Below, in pieces: positions 10,252 through 19,864 of a stretch of DNA of 64,000 bases. Numbering within the stretch: position 1 is the first letter of the stretch; every line of letters starts with the position of its first letter. The stretch is taken from sequence record SRR31156797_5074. One strand, 5' to 3'. The notes below the pieces were generated by a model. It was not told the DNA's origin. It saw only the letters and a program-made list of their open reading frames with translations, and ran no database searches. Position numbers and translations under genes: made by a program.

Positions 10252-11154
10252 CTACTGTTTAACTGCACCACCTGCTACTGCGGTTACAATGTGTTTTTGG
10301 AAGAAAATGTACACCAGAATAATTGGAATCGCAGAGAAGATAGCTTGTGAACTTAAGAAGCCTAACCCTTCACTTTGTGCAAAGTTGGTTTGGGATGATG
10401 CGACACCAATAGTAATGGTGTACATCGACTTATCTGTTGCTGATATCAGTGGCCAGAAGTAGTCATTCCACGATTGCAAGAATGTCAGAATAGCTAACGT
10501 TGCCTGCGCAGGAATGGTTAATGGCAAGAGTACCTTCCAAAAAATCTTGAACTTCGAGGCGTTGTCCATCATCGCAGCTTCATCGATCTCTTTGGGGATG
10601 GCTTTAAAAAACTGAGTCATCAAGAACACACCAAATGGCGCTGATAATCCCGGAAGAATTAGACCTAGATAGGTGTTATGAAGCTGGAACTCACTGAACA
10701 GCTGATGGCGAGCTATGATTACCGCCTGTTCAGGAACAGCAAGCCCCATAAGAATAATAACAAACAAAGCTTTCTTCATTGGAAACTCAAGTCGCGCAAA
10801 TGCGTAACCAGCCAATGAAGATAGCGTTAATACGCCAAGGGTCATGCACCCAGAGACAATTAAGCTGTTTATCAACCACTGAAACACTGAGGAGTTACGG
10901 AAAATATCCCAGTAGTTTTGCAATGTGTACGGGAATCGGAATACAGCATCGGTTCCCATCATCAGCTCTTGGTTATCTTTCAGACTTAAGCCAACCATCC
11001 ATAGGAAAGGGGCAATCATTATCAGCGACAAGATAATAGTGAGCCACAAGATTGCTTTATTGGTCTTTTGTGAGTTTGGTTGATACGTCATGTATTTTTT
11101 TGCCGAAGGTGAGTCGGCAATGTCAGATGATAGATTCATTTTCGTTGCACTCAT
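10252..11154 (-). CDS. Carbohydrate ABC transporter permease (MalG-like)
   Basis: AGYAFARL, EAA loop IPKEIDEAAMMDNAS, WNDYFWP. Confidence 0.93.
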   Translation of the reverse strand: MSATKMNLSSDIADSPSAKKYMTYQPNSQKTNKAILWLTIILSLIMIAPFLWMVGLSLKDNQELMMGTDAVFRFPYTLQNYWDIFRNSSVFQWLINSLIVSGCMTLGVLTLSSLAGYAFARLEFPMKKALFVIILMGLAVPEQAVIIARHQLFSEFQLHNTYLGLILPGLSAPFGVFLMTQFFKAIPKEIDEAAMMDNASKFKIFWKVLLPLTIPAQATLAILTFLQSWNDYFWPLISATDKSMYTITIGVASSQTNFAQSEGLGFLSSQAIFSAIPIILVYIFFQKHIVTAVAGGAVKQ

Positions 11155-11159
11155 CAAAG

Positions 11160-12086
11160 TTATCCTTTTTTACGGCTAATCATGAACTGGGCGACAGCAG
11201 CGACCAAAATAATCAAGAACAGGATTTGTGATGCGGCCGCAGCCATACCAATATCCCAGCGGCGGAAACCAGCATCGTAAATAAACATAACGATGGAACG
11301 CGAAGTATTGTTTGGACCACCGTTTGTCATCAATAGCGCCTGACCGAACAGCTGGAATTGCATCACAATTTCGATGATGGTGACCAAGATAATGGTACGG
11401 GTAATTGATGGTAGAGTGATGCGACGGAAAGTCGTCCATTTACTTGCGTTATCCAGTTGTGCCGCTTCGTACAAATCCTTAGGGATTTGCTGCAGAGCAG
11501 CAGTAAACAAGATCATTGGTAAACCTAAGCACCACCAGATAGTCGCAATACCAATAGATTTCAAAGCCCAATCCGGGCTGGATAGAAACGGAATAGCTTC
11601 AATTTCTGACCAGTGAAGGCCAAACCATTGGTATGCCATTGTCATGAAGTCATTTAACCAGACAAAGACCATAGCCATGAAACCATCATTAGGAATAAAA
11701 ATGATGCGCCAAATCAGTGTTACCACTGTCACGGATAGAATTGTTGACGCAAAAAATACCCCACGCAGAATGTTCGCGGTTCTGGTTTGCTGGTTTAACG
11801 CCATCGCTAAACCTAAGCCGATCACGACGAGAGCTGGTACGGTAAGTAAAACAAAATAACAAGTGTTCCAAACGGTTTGGAGGAAGATCTTGTTATCAAA
11901 CAGTCGGATATAGTTGTTCCAACCAATGAACTTGCCAGGGCCAAAAAGGTCCACTTTTTGAAAGCTTAAATAGATTCCCCAAAACAGTGGCAGTGCGATC
12001 ATAAAGATAAACACCAACAAATAAGGGGTTATGAAGAGGAAGTTTCCCCAACGGTCTTTTAAAGAGGAGGTGTGGGTAGAACTCAT
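11160..12086 (-). CDS. Carbohydrate ABC transporter permease (MalF/UgpA-like)
   Basis: FIGWNNY, ALQQIPKDLYEAAQLDNAS..TFRRITLP, MTNGGPNN. Confidence 0.93.
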   Translation of the reverse strand: MSSTHTSSLKDRWGNFLFITPYLLVFIFMIALPLFWGIYLSFQKVDLFGPGKFIGWNNYIRLFDNKIFLQTVWNTCYFVLLTVPALVVIGLGLAMALNQQTRTANILRGVFFASTILSVTVVTLIWRIIFIPNDGFMAMVFVWLNDFMTMAYQWFGLHWSEIEAIPFLSSPDWALKSIGIATIWWCLGLPMILFTAALQQIPKDLYEAAQLDNASKWTTFRRITLPSITRTIILVTIIEIVMQFQLFGQALLMTNGGPNNTSRSIVMFIYDAGFRRWDIGMAAAASQILFLIILVAAVAQFMISRKKG

Positions 12087-13183
12087 AGTTCACCTCCGTG
12101 ATAGGCTTTTTCGTTTTCATCAAACAAGTGAACAGAGTCGAAGTCGAAGTTTAAGCCAACTTTCTGATTATTGACTAAGTGACGTTTACTGCTTGCTTCT
12201 GCAATCAGCATCTTGCCATTATCCAGAGAAACATAAACTAGCGTGCGGTCACCCAGTCGCTCAATGAAAGTGACAACGCCGTGTGCGTGTGCTTCTTCAC
12301 CGTTTTCAGTGATGATAATGTCTTCAGCTCGCACACCCATTTCAAAACGTTGGCTTAGTGGAAGTGTGGTTGTTGATACTGTTGAGTGAATCGGAGCTAT
12401 GTGGTCAATATAAATGGTCGCTTTACCATTTTGTTCTTCCACTTTTTCCACATCGAAGAAGTTCATGGCAGGTGAACCTACGAAGCCTGCTACAAACTTA
12501 CTTGCAGGGCGTTGATAAATTTCGATTGGAGTACCGATTTGTTCAATGCCTTTATTATTCAGAATCACGATTCGGTCAGCCAGAGTCATCGCTTCAACTT
12601 GATCGTGAGTAACGTAAATCATGGTTGTGTTTACGCGTTGGTGAAGCTGAGCCAGTTCGATACGAGTACGGCTACGAAGTGCTGCATCCAAGTTAGATAG
12701 AGGTTCATCAAATAAGAAGGCACTTGGTTCACGAACGATTGCACGGCCAATAGCCACCCGTTGACGCTGACCACCAGACAGTTCCGCTGGTTTGCGTTTT
12801 AGAAGGTGTTCAATTTCCAGAATTCGAGCGGCTTCAGATAGGCGCTGTTCAATGACGGACTTTTCGGTACCAATGTTTTTTAGGCCGAAAGTCATGTTTT
12901 CTTCTACGCTCATATGTGGGTAAAGCGCGTAGTTTTGGAACACCATCGAGATGTTACGGTGACCTGGTGCTAACGTATCCAGGCGTTTACCGTCCATCCA
13001 AATTTCGCCCTCACTTATGCTTTCTAATCCCGCAATCATACGTAGCAAAGTAGATTTACCACAGCCTGATGGGCCAAGGAATACAATAAATTCGCGCTCT
13101 TTGATTTGGAAATTAATGTCACTTAAAACTGTTGAACCATCATATGCTTTGGTTAGATTTTTAATCTCAATCGATGCTGCCAT
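12083..13183 (-). CDS. Carbohydrate ABC transporter ATP-binding protein (MalK/UgpC-like)
   Basis: GPSGCGKST, FQNYALYPHM, LSGGQRQR, DEPLSNLDA, C-terminal TOBE region. Confidence 0.96.
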   Translation of the reverse strand: MAASIEIKNLTKAYDGSTVLSDINFQIKEREFIVFLGPSGCGKSTLLRMIAGLESISEGEIWMDGKRLDTLAPGHRNISMVFQNYALYPHMSVEENMTFGLKNIGTEKSVIEQRLSEAARILEIEHLLKRKPAELSGGQRQRVAIGRAIVREPSAFLFDEPLSNLDAALRSRTRIELAQLHQRVNTTMIYVTHDQVEAMTLADRIVILNNKGIEQIGTPIEIYQRPASKFVAGFVGSPAMNFFDVEKVEEQNGKATIYIDHIAPIHSTVSTTTLPLSQRFEMGVRAEDIIITENGEEAHAHGVVTFIERLGDRTLVYVSLDNGKMLIAEASSKRHLVNNQKVGLNFDFDSVHLFDENEKAYHGGEL

Positions 13184-13233
13184 GGGTTCGTCCTTCGTAA
13201 AATTCTTGTAGAGTGTTGTATTTTTGTTTTGAT

Positions 13234-13257
13234 TAATAATATAGCTAATATTATTAG
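13234..13257. promoter_or_regulatory. Candidate operator palindrome for the sugar operon
   Basis: TAATAATAT-AGCTA-ATATTATTA with nested CTAATA-T-TATTAG, about 50-75 bp upstream of the ATPase start; AT-rich context. Confidence 0.45.
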
Positions 13258-13281
13258 TTGGTAATTTGTAACAGTTTGAAA

Positions 13282-13394
13282 ATGAGATGAGATCACAAAT
13301 TGAAAACCAATAACTACGAGAAATAATTACGAGATCACATTTGGTAAAACTAATTTAAAATCGCGTTTCAATTTGGTATGTGATCAAGATCTGC
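13282..13394. promoter_or_regulatory. Cluster of CRP-like half/full sites upstream of the sugar operon
   Basis: GATCACA at 13291 and 13333; TGTGA-TCAAGA-TCTGC at 13379; second halves imperfect. Confidence 0.4.
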
Positions 13395-13459
13395 TAGTTT
13401 GATTAAATTCTGTTACGTGTTGCAGTAGAAATGAGATCTGGGGTGGGTGGTTCAGATAC

Positions 13460-13492
13460 AAAAAAGCCGAATGATTGGTTTCATTCGGCTTT
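13460..13492 (-). terminator. fur terminator
   Basis: AAAAAAGCCGAATGA-TTGGTT-TCATTCGGCTTT, giving a U tract on the minus strand. Confidence 0.85.
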
Positions 13493-13518
13493 CAATTATG
13501 AAATATCTTTAGAACAAA

Positions 13519-13968
13519 TTATTTCTTAGGTTTGTGTGCGTTTGGATCTTCTTTGCAGTTACCGTCGCCACATTTTCCATAAAGATATAGGCTGTGGTTT
13601 GTCAGTTTAACGTTGTACTGTTCTGCAATTTCTCTTTGACGCTGTTCAATCACTTCGTCAGAAAATTCAATCACTTCCCCACAATCTAAACAAACTAGAT
13701 GGTCATGGTGATGCTGTGTTGATAATTCAAATACTGACTTGCCGCCTTCGAAGTGGTGACGAGTCACGATACCTGCATCATCAAATTGGTTGAGAACTCG
13801 ATAAACAGTCGCCAGACCGATCTCTTCGCCAAGATCAATCAGTTTCTTGTAGAGCTCTTCGGCACTAATATGTTGGCACTCAGGCTGTTGTAGAACTTCT
13901 AAAATTTTGAGCCGTGGTAGGGTTACTTTAAGACCAGCATCTTTTAGCGCTTGGTTATTGTCTGACAT
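13519..13968 (-). CDS. fur: Ferric uptake regulator
   Basis: MSDNNQALKDAGLKVTLPR, HHHDHLVCLDCG; start trimmed to ATG 13968. Confidence 0.98.
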   Translation of the reverse strand: MSDNNQALKDAGLKVTLPRLKILEVLQQPECQHISAEELYKKLIDLGEEIGLATVYRVLNQFDDAGIVTRHHFEGGKSVFELSTQHHHDHLVCLDCGEVIEFSDEVIEQRQREIAEQYNVKLTNHSLYLYGKCGDGNCKEDPNAHKPKK

Positions 13969-14233
13969 ATATCTTCCCGTTGATGATCTGCAGTAAATAA
14001 CAGAATTCAATGTTGTCCAACATTATAGGTTACTCGCACTTAACAATAAACCACGAAGTTCAGAGGGTTACTAGTGTTTTATCTCAAACTCGTGTTATAT
14101 CACTGATAGTACTGGTCTGCTGAGTTACAATTATTTAACATTAATTCTATTTTTACTGACGCGGATTGCGACTCCATTTGCAGTGCGCAGAGGCAACATA
14201 CAAAGTATTCTCAGAGTCTAAGGCACGGAAAGC

Positions 14234-14746
14234 ATGAATAAAATAGTCAACAAGCTATATAAACCCAATATTGTGAAGTATGCATTGAATAGTTGGCCGC
14301 CGTTTTGGGGTACAGGGATAAAAATAGAATCAATTAGTGCAGACTTTCGCCAAGTTAAAATGCGTTTGAAGCTACGCTGGTGGAATAAAAATGCCAATCG
14401 TACTCAGTATGGTGGCAGTATTTTTTCACTAACCGATCCTGTGTATTCGTTAATGTTAATGGGAGTGCTTGGTGAGCAATATTATGTGTGGGACAAACAA
14501 GCGAGTATTAACTTTATTAAGCCTGGAAATTCCGATTTGTTTGCAGAGTTTATGATTACCGATGAGCAGTTGAATTCTATCTTGAGAATGACCGCAACGG
14601 GTGAGAAGTGCTTCCCCGAATTCATCATTCATGTGAAGAACGCGAATGGTGATGTGGTCTCTGAGGTGCAACGTAAACTGTACGTACGTAAGAAACCAAA
14701 GTTTCGTGAGGCTATCAATGATAATGAGCAGCCACAAGAAAGTTGA
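14234..14746 (+). CDS. Hot-dog fold / thioesterase-like protein (DUF4442 type)
   Basis: WPPFWGTGIK, NANRTQYGGSIFSLTDP, VWDKQASINFIKPG. Confidence 0.8.
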   Translation: MNKIVNKLYKPNIVKYALNSWPPFWGTGIKIESISADFRQVKMRLKLRWWNKNANRTQYGGSIFSLTDPVYSLMLMGVLGEQYYVWDKQASINFIKPGNSDLFAEFMITDEQLNSILRMTATGEKCFPEFIIHVKNANGDVVSEVQRKLYVRKKPKFREAINDNEQPQES

Positions 14747-14751
14747 GATAA

Positions 14752-14785
14752 AAAAATAGCCCCCAACCAAGTGGGGGCTATTTTT
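14752..14785. terminator. Bidirectional terminator between the DUF4442 gene and fldA
   Basis: AAAAATAGCCCCCA-ACCAAG-TGGGGGCTATTTTT. Confidence 0.85.
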
Positions 14786-14797
14786 AAAAAAGAAAAC

Positions 14798-15325
14798 TTA
14801 GTCTTCTAATTCAGCAAGACACATTTCTTCGTAAACTTGTTGTACCCACTTGTTAACACGCTCTTCAGTTAATTCTGGCTGGCGGTCTTCATCGATACAT
14901 AGGCCAACAAAGTTGTTGTCATCAACAAGTGCTTTTGACGCTTCAAACTCGTAACCTTCCGTTGACCAGTGGCCAACGATAGTGCCGCCTTTTGCTTCAA
15001 CGATGTCACGAACTGTGCCCATCGCATCACAGAAGTATTCAGCGTAATCTTCTTGGTCACCACAACCGAAAATAGCCACAAGCTTAGTTGAGAAGTCGAT
15101 ACCTTCTAACTCTGGGAAAAAGTCATCCCAGTCACATTGAGCTTCGCCGTAATACCAAGTAGGGATACCTAGAAGTAAAAGATCAAAGTTGTCGATGTCC
15201 TCTTTGCTGCTTTTAGCAATATCTTGAACATGAACCAGATTTTTACCGAGTTGTTTTTGAATCATTTTTGCAATAGCTTCGGTGTTACCTGTATCGCTAC
15301 CAAAAAAGATACCTACACTTGCCAT
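14798..15325 (-). CDS. fldA: Flavodoxin FldA
   Basis: GSDTGNTE, GIPTWYYGE, GCGDQEDY. Confidence 0.97.
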   Translation of the reverse strand: MASVGIFFGSDTGNTEAIAKMIQKQLGKNLVHVQDIAKSSKEDIDNFDLLLLGIPTWYYGEAQCDWDDFFPELEGIDFSTKLVAIFGCGDQEDYAEYFCDAMGTVRDIVEAKGGTIVGHWSTEGYEFEASKALVDDNNFVGLCIDEDRQPELTEERVNKWVQQVYEEMCLAELED

Positions 15326-15401
15326 AGAGCCTTTACCTTAAAATTGTTATGGGTTGCGGAAAAATCGAAAGTAGAGCTTATATTCAAGCGATCTTAATAT
15401 A

Positions 15402-15623
15402 TTAGCCTAGCCCAGTACCTTCCCAACTGAGTTGGATAAGGCCTTTAGCGATAAAACCTGCACAACCTAAAAATAGAACCATCCAAACAATACGACGACC
15501 GAACACGGGTACGTTGCCTTGTTTCAATACATCTTTAATCGCCATACCGATTAAGAAAAAGATAGATGCAAAGAGCAAGTCTAGCCCAATAGATTCGAGC
15601 ATATTCATGTAGTCGTACAGCAT
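15402..15623 (-). CDS. Small membrane protein (DUF2788-like)
   Basis: Two hydrophobic segments; located between fldA and ybfF. Confidence 0.7.
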   Translation of the reverse strand: MLYDYMNMLESIGLDLLFASIFFLIGMAIKDVLKQGNVPVFGRRIVWMVLFLGCAGFIAKGLIQLSWEGTGLG

Positions 15624-15760
15624 GGGTATCCTTTATGCCAATTTGCTTGCGCGAACTATACCATTGTTATTTGCCAAAGTTAATGGATGCATGGGCATCC
15701 ATTACTCAGTTCTTTCGACTATCGCTCATTTTTTAACAAAGTGAGAATGAATCGTTTGGA

Positions 15761-16525
15761 CTAATCAATAAACTTACGAATTGCCCTGAGCACTTCCACC
15801 GGCTTCTCTGCATGTAACCAGTGACCCGTGTTGGCAATAACATGCGCTTTGGCGTTGCGAAATTGAGCTTGGATCTGCGGTTGATGTTCAGCCATTAAAT
15901 AGTCAGAGTCGCCACCTTTGATAAACAGGGTCGGTATTGCACATGGAGCAATAGGTTGCCAACCGATGATGTTCATGTAGTTGTCTTTTATCGAGGGGAC
16001 ATTGAAACGCCAAGTCATATGGTCACCTTGCTTCATCAAGGACTTACCCAAAAATTGGCGAACGCCATCTTCGACAATATGCTCTGCTAACAGCTTCATC
16101 ACTTCACTGCGCGTTGTCGGCTTTTTATCTAGGACGGAATCCAGACCAGCAATCACTGCGTCATGTTTTCGCTGGGTATATTCCACCGGTGATATGTCGA
16201 GCACGATAAGTTTGCGTACTTGATTAGGGGCGATATCCACCAGTTTCATCGCGACTTTGCCGCCCATAGAGTGACCAACAACAATTGATTGTTCGATATC
16301 AAGAGACTGGAGGAGCTGTTTCACATCCTGTGCCATAACCGTGTAGTCATGTTCATCACTGTGAAAAGATTGACCATGGTTACGCAGATCAATACTCAGT
16401 ACCTGATAATCGTTTTTAAGATCACGAGCCAATAGCCCCAAATTGTCTAAGTTACCGAACAATCCGTGGATCAGAACAACGGTGTGACCCTCACCTTCAA
16501 GTTTATAATTTAGAAGTGCTGACAT
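15761..16525 (-). CDS. ybfF: Alpha/beta-hydrolase esterase YbfF
   Basis: HGLFG, DLRNHG, GHSMGG, GHWLHAE; divergent from seqA. Confidence 0.9.
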   Translation of the reverse strand: MSALLNYKLEGEGHTVVLIHGLFGNLDNLGLLARDLKNDYQVLSIDLRNHGQSFHSDEHDYTVMAQDVKQLLQSLDIEQSIVVGHSMGGKVAMKLVDIAPNQVRKLIVLDISPVEYTQRKHDAVIAGLDSVLDKKPTTRSEVMKLLAEHIVEDGVRQFLGKSLMKQGDHMTWRFNVPSIKDNYMNIIGWQPIAPCAIPTLFIKGGDSDYLMAEHQPQIQAQFRNAKAHVIANTGHWLHAEKPVEVLRAIRKFID

Positions 16526-16618
16526 TTTTATCTTATTAGTGATTGGTTTAACGTAGAGTCTCAGCGAAGATCTCGCTATAATCCCTCAGAGTTTAAACAT
16601 TGAGATTGTGAAAAGCGA

Positions 16619-17188
16619 ATGAAAACAATAGAGGTTGATGAGGATCTATACCGCTACATCGCGGGTCAAACCCTTCATATCGGAGAAAGCGCTTCTGACA
16701 TTTTGCGTCGTCTGTTGGATGTAGATAATAAGAGTACACCTTCTGCTAGGCCAGAAGCTCCAGCTACATCTGTCGCTCCGAAAGGTGCCCCTACTCAACA
16801 AGGTATAGTTGTGAGTAAGGATGCCGCTCAAGAAACGAAAATCGATAGCGTCAAAGAGATGCGCACACTGCTTATTTCTGACGAGTTTGCAGGACTAAAG
16901 AAAGCGGTCGATCGTTTTATGCTGGTTCTTTCGACACTTTATCGCATTGATTCTGAGAGCTTCTCAGATGCAATGTCGGTAAAAGGGCGTAAGCGTGTTT
17001 ATTTTGCGGACAATGAGCAAACGTTGTTAGCAAATGGTCAAACGACAAAGCCTAAAGCGATTCCTAATACGCCGTTCTGGGTGATCACTAACAATAACAC
17101 CAGCCGCAAACAGCAGATGGTTGAACAAGTGATGACGCTGATGAATTTCCCAGCGGATATTATTGAGAAAGTGACTAACGCGATTTAA
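16619..17188 (+). CDS. seqA: Replication initiation negative regulator SeqA
   Basis: MKTIEVDEDLYRYIA..IGESASDILRRLL, WVITNNNT. Confidence 0.97.
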   Translation: MKTIEVDEDLYRYIAGQTLHIGESASDILRRLLDVDNKSTPSARPEAPATSVAPKGAPTQQGIVVSKDAAQETKIDSVKEMRTLLISDEFAGLKKAVDRFMLVLSTLYRIDSESFSDAMSVKGRKRVYFADNEQTLLANGQTTKPKAIPNTPFWVITNNNTSRKQQMVEQVMTLMNFPADIIEKVTNAI

Positions 17189-17351
17189 CAGCACAGTTAA
17201 CTGAATGGTGACTAAAGTTAACGTAAACAAAATCGCGATCTAATTCTCGAACTTGAAAATCAAAAAAGTCTGATTCAAACCTCATAATGCACAATGTAAA
17301 GTTCGTATTATGAGGTTTTATTTTGTCTGAATTTTTAGAAAGGATGTCACA

Positions 17352-18998
17352 ATGGCTATGCACCCTCGTGCAGGACTAAAAGCGCAACAAGAAGATCTAC
17401 ACAACATTCCCGCGCTAGTCGCAAATTACTTCCTACTTCAACCTGACCCAGCGAACTCGGCTCATAACGTTGAGTTTGGTACTTCTGGTCACCGTGGCAC
17501 TGCGGATAAATCAACGTTTAATGAAAATCATATTTTGGCCATTGCTCAGGCTGTTGTTGAAGTGCGTGCCGCTCAAGGTACCGAAGGCCCACTGTTTATC
17601 GGTAAAGATACTCACGCATTGTCTGAACCTGCTTTCAGTTCAGTCGTGGAAGTGCTAATTGCCAATGGCATTGAAGTTATCGTACAAGAAAATAATGGCT
17701 ATACCCCGACGCCGGGTGTGTCACATGCCATTCTGACTTATAACTTAAAGCATGATGACAAAGCAGACGGTATTGTGATTACACCGTCGCACAATCCACC
17801 ACAAGATGGCGGTATCAAATACAATCCCGTTCACGGTGGCCCAGCTGAAGGGCAGTTAACCAAAGCGATTGAAGATCGCGCAAATGAGATCATTGCTACG
17901 GGTTTAAAGGATGTTAAACGTGTCGCTATCAGTGAAGCGAAGCAATCTCCTTTGTTCAAGCAAGTGGATTTAGTGAAGCCATACATCGATGATCTGGTCA
18001 ACGTTATCGATATGGAAGCGATTCAAAAAGCGAATCTAAAAATCGGTGTCGATCCACTCGGTGGTAGCGGTATTGATTACTGGCGTCAAATTGGTAAAGC
18101 GTACAACTTGGACTTAACGTTAGTCAGCGAAGCGATTGATCCAACGTTCCAGTTTATGTCTCTAGATAAAGATGGCGTCGTTCGCATGGACTGTTCATCA
18201 CCATACGCAATGGCTGGCCTGTTAGCGTTAAAAGATGAATACGACTTAGCATTTGGTAACGACCCTGATTACGACCGTCATGGTATTGTAACGCCGAAAG
18301 GCTTGATGAACCCTAATCACTTCTTAGCGGTATGTATCGATTACTTATACCGTCACCGTGAAGGTTGGGGTAAAGAAGTCGCAGTTGGCAAAACATTGGT
18401 GTCCAGTGCGATTATCGACAAAGTTGTTGCAGACCTTGGTCGTGAACTGTGTGAAGTACCAGTTGGCTTTAAGTGGTTTGTTGATGGTTTATACAGCGGC
18501 AAGTTTGGCTTTGGCGGAGAAGAGAGTGCAGGTGCTTCTTTCTTACGTAAAGATGGCACGCCATGGTCAACCGATAAAGACGGCATCATTTTGTGTCTCC
18601 TAGCGGCTGAGATTACCGCTGTAACAGGTAAGAACCCACAACAATATTATGATGAGCTGGCGGCAAAGCATGGTGAGTCAAGCTACAACCGCATTCAAGC
18701 TGTTGCAAATGGTCCGCAGAAAGATGTACTAAGCAAACTGTCTGCTGAGATGGTTGCTGCGCAAACGTTAGCTGGTGACCCAATCACCGCACGCTTGACA
18801 CATGCACCGGGCAATGGTGCTGCGATTGGTGGTTTGAAAGTGACCACTGATTTTGGTTGGTTTGCTGCTCGCCCATCTGGTACGGAAGATATTTACAAGA
18901 TTTACTGTGAAAGCTTTAAAGGGCCAGAACATTTAGCCCAGATAGAGACTGAAGCACAAGAGATTGTGAACCAGGTATTTAAAGCTGCAGGCTTATAA
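17352..18998 (+). CDS. pgm: Phosphoglucomutase
   Basis: [32 protein letters not shown]. Confidence 0.98.
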   Translation: MAMHPRAGLKAQQEDLHNIPALVANYFLLQPDPANSAHNVEFGTSGHRGTADKSTFNENHILAIAQAVVEVRAAQGTEGPLFIGKDTHALSEPAFSSVVEVLIANGIEVIVQENNGYTPTPGVSHAILTYNLKHDDKADGIVITPSHNPPQDGGIKYNPVHGGPAEGQLTKAIEDRANEIIATGLKDVKRVAISEAKQSPLFKQVDLVKPYIDDLVNVIDMEAIQKANLKIGVDPLGGSGIDYWRQIGKAYNLDLTLVSEAIDPTFQFMSLDKDGVVRMDCSSPYAMAGLLALKDEYDLAFGNDPDYDRHGIVTPKGLMNPNHFLAVCIDYLYRHREGWGKEVAVGKTLVSSAIIDKVVADLGRELCEVPVGFKWFVDGLYSGKFGFGGEESAGASFLRKDGTPWSTDKDGIILCLLAAEITAVTGKNPQQYYDELAAKHGESSYNRIQAVANGPQKDVLSKLSAEMVAAQTLAGDPITARLTHAPGNGAAIGGLKVTTDFGWFAARPSGTEDIYKIYCESFKGPEHLAQIETEAQEIVNQVFKAAGL

Positions 18999-19012
18999 TC
19001 TTCAAAAACATT

Positions 19013-19043
19013 AAAAAGAGGCGACGGGTTCGCCTCTTTTTTT
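19013..19043. terminator. Bidirectional terminator between pgm and the DUF1853 gene
   Basis: AAAAAGAGGCGA-CGGGT-TCGCCTCTTTTTTT. Confidence 0.85.
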
Positions 19044-19046
19044 GTA

Positions 19047-19796
19047 TCAATTATTGGGCCACGCTTCGGGCATGATAAACCAGAACACACCTGATTCAGA
19101 CTGGCAGTGAACAAAACCCGATTCACTAGGAGTGTAAAGAGGTGAAGATTCGTTTCTACCCGTTAACCACTGAGATTTTTCGATAACATAAAGCGGCTCT
19201 TCAATTTGGTTCACTTGAGATTGATAGCACCAGCGGCCTGAAATTTGAGTTGGATTGAGTTTGTACCCTTCACATTCGGTGGGGGTGTGCTCTGAATGAA
19301 AAGGGTTGATGTATAGACGCCCCTGCATAAGAAGGTTTGGTTCTGAGTGACTCCAAAGAGGATAAAGCTCAGAGAATTGCTGATGCTTTGAGAGTGGTAG
19401 TTGATGATTAAGCATATGAGTTAATTTGAGATCCAACCTGTCATGAGCGTTGGGACCAAACCATAACCCTCCATGAAGCAGATAAAACTTAACTGCCACT
19501 TCCCAGTGTTCAAACTGTTCGCTTTTTTTGTTCTTTAAAATGAAATCGATAGCGCCGACGGTTCTGCCTTCATGATTAAGCTGAATCTCTTCTGCAATAG
19601 AGCTGTAGGTCGGCGTAGCGCTAAACAGTTTTGCGCATAAGTGCTGATAGACGAAACCTAAGCGTCGATTACCTTGGTAGGGAGCCCAGTCTATATCGCC
19701 TTTGGTCAAAAATGGTGGTTTATCGACCACGGGCGGTTTAGCTTCGAATAGTGCGGGAGTGGTTGTTACCCAATCAAATAATGGTTTTAAGTCCAT
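19047..19796 (-). CDS. DUF1853 family protein
   Basis: RRLGF.Y, TVGAIDF, HWEVAVKFYL, GPNAHDRL motifs. Confidence 0.8.
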   Translation of the reverse strand: MDLKPLFDWVTTTPALFEAKPPVVDKPPFLTKGDIDWAPYQGNRRLGFVYQHLCAKLFSATPTYSSIAEEIQLNHEGRTVGAIDFILKNKKSEQFEHWEVAVKFYLLHGGLWFGPNAHDRLDLKLTHMLNHQLPLSKHQQFSELYPLWSHSEPNLLMQGRLYINPFHSEHTPTECEGYKLNPTQISGRWCYQSQVNQIEEPLYVIEKSQWLTGRNESSPLYTPSESGFVHCQSESGVFWFIMPEAWPNN

Positions 19797-19864
19797 TCTA
19801 TCGCCTGTAGATGCTTCGACATTTCAGATTAGAATTGTTATAACCCTGCCATACCCATTAAGCA

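Noticed and set aside
13969..14010. 14-codon N-terminal extension of Fur from a TTG
   Set aside because: The conserved Fur N-terminus begins MSDNNQ at 13968; no support for the longer start or a uof-like leader
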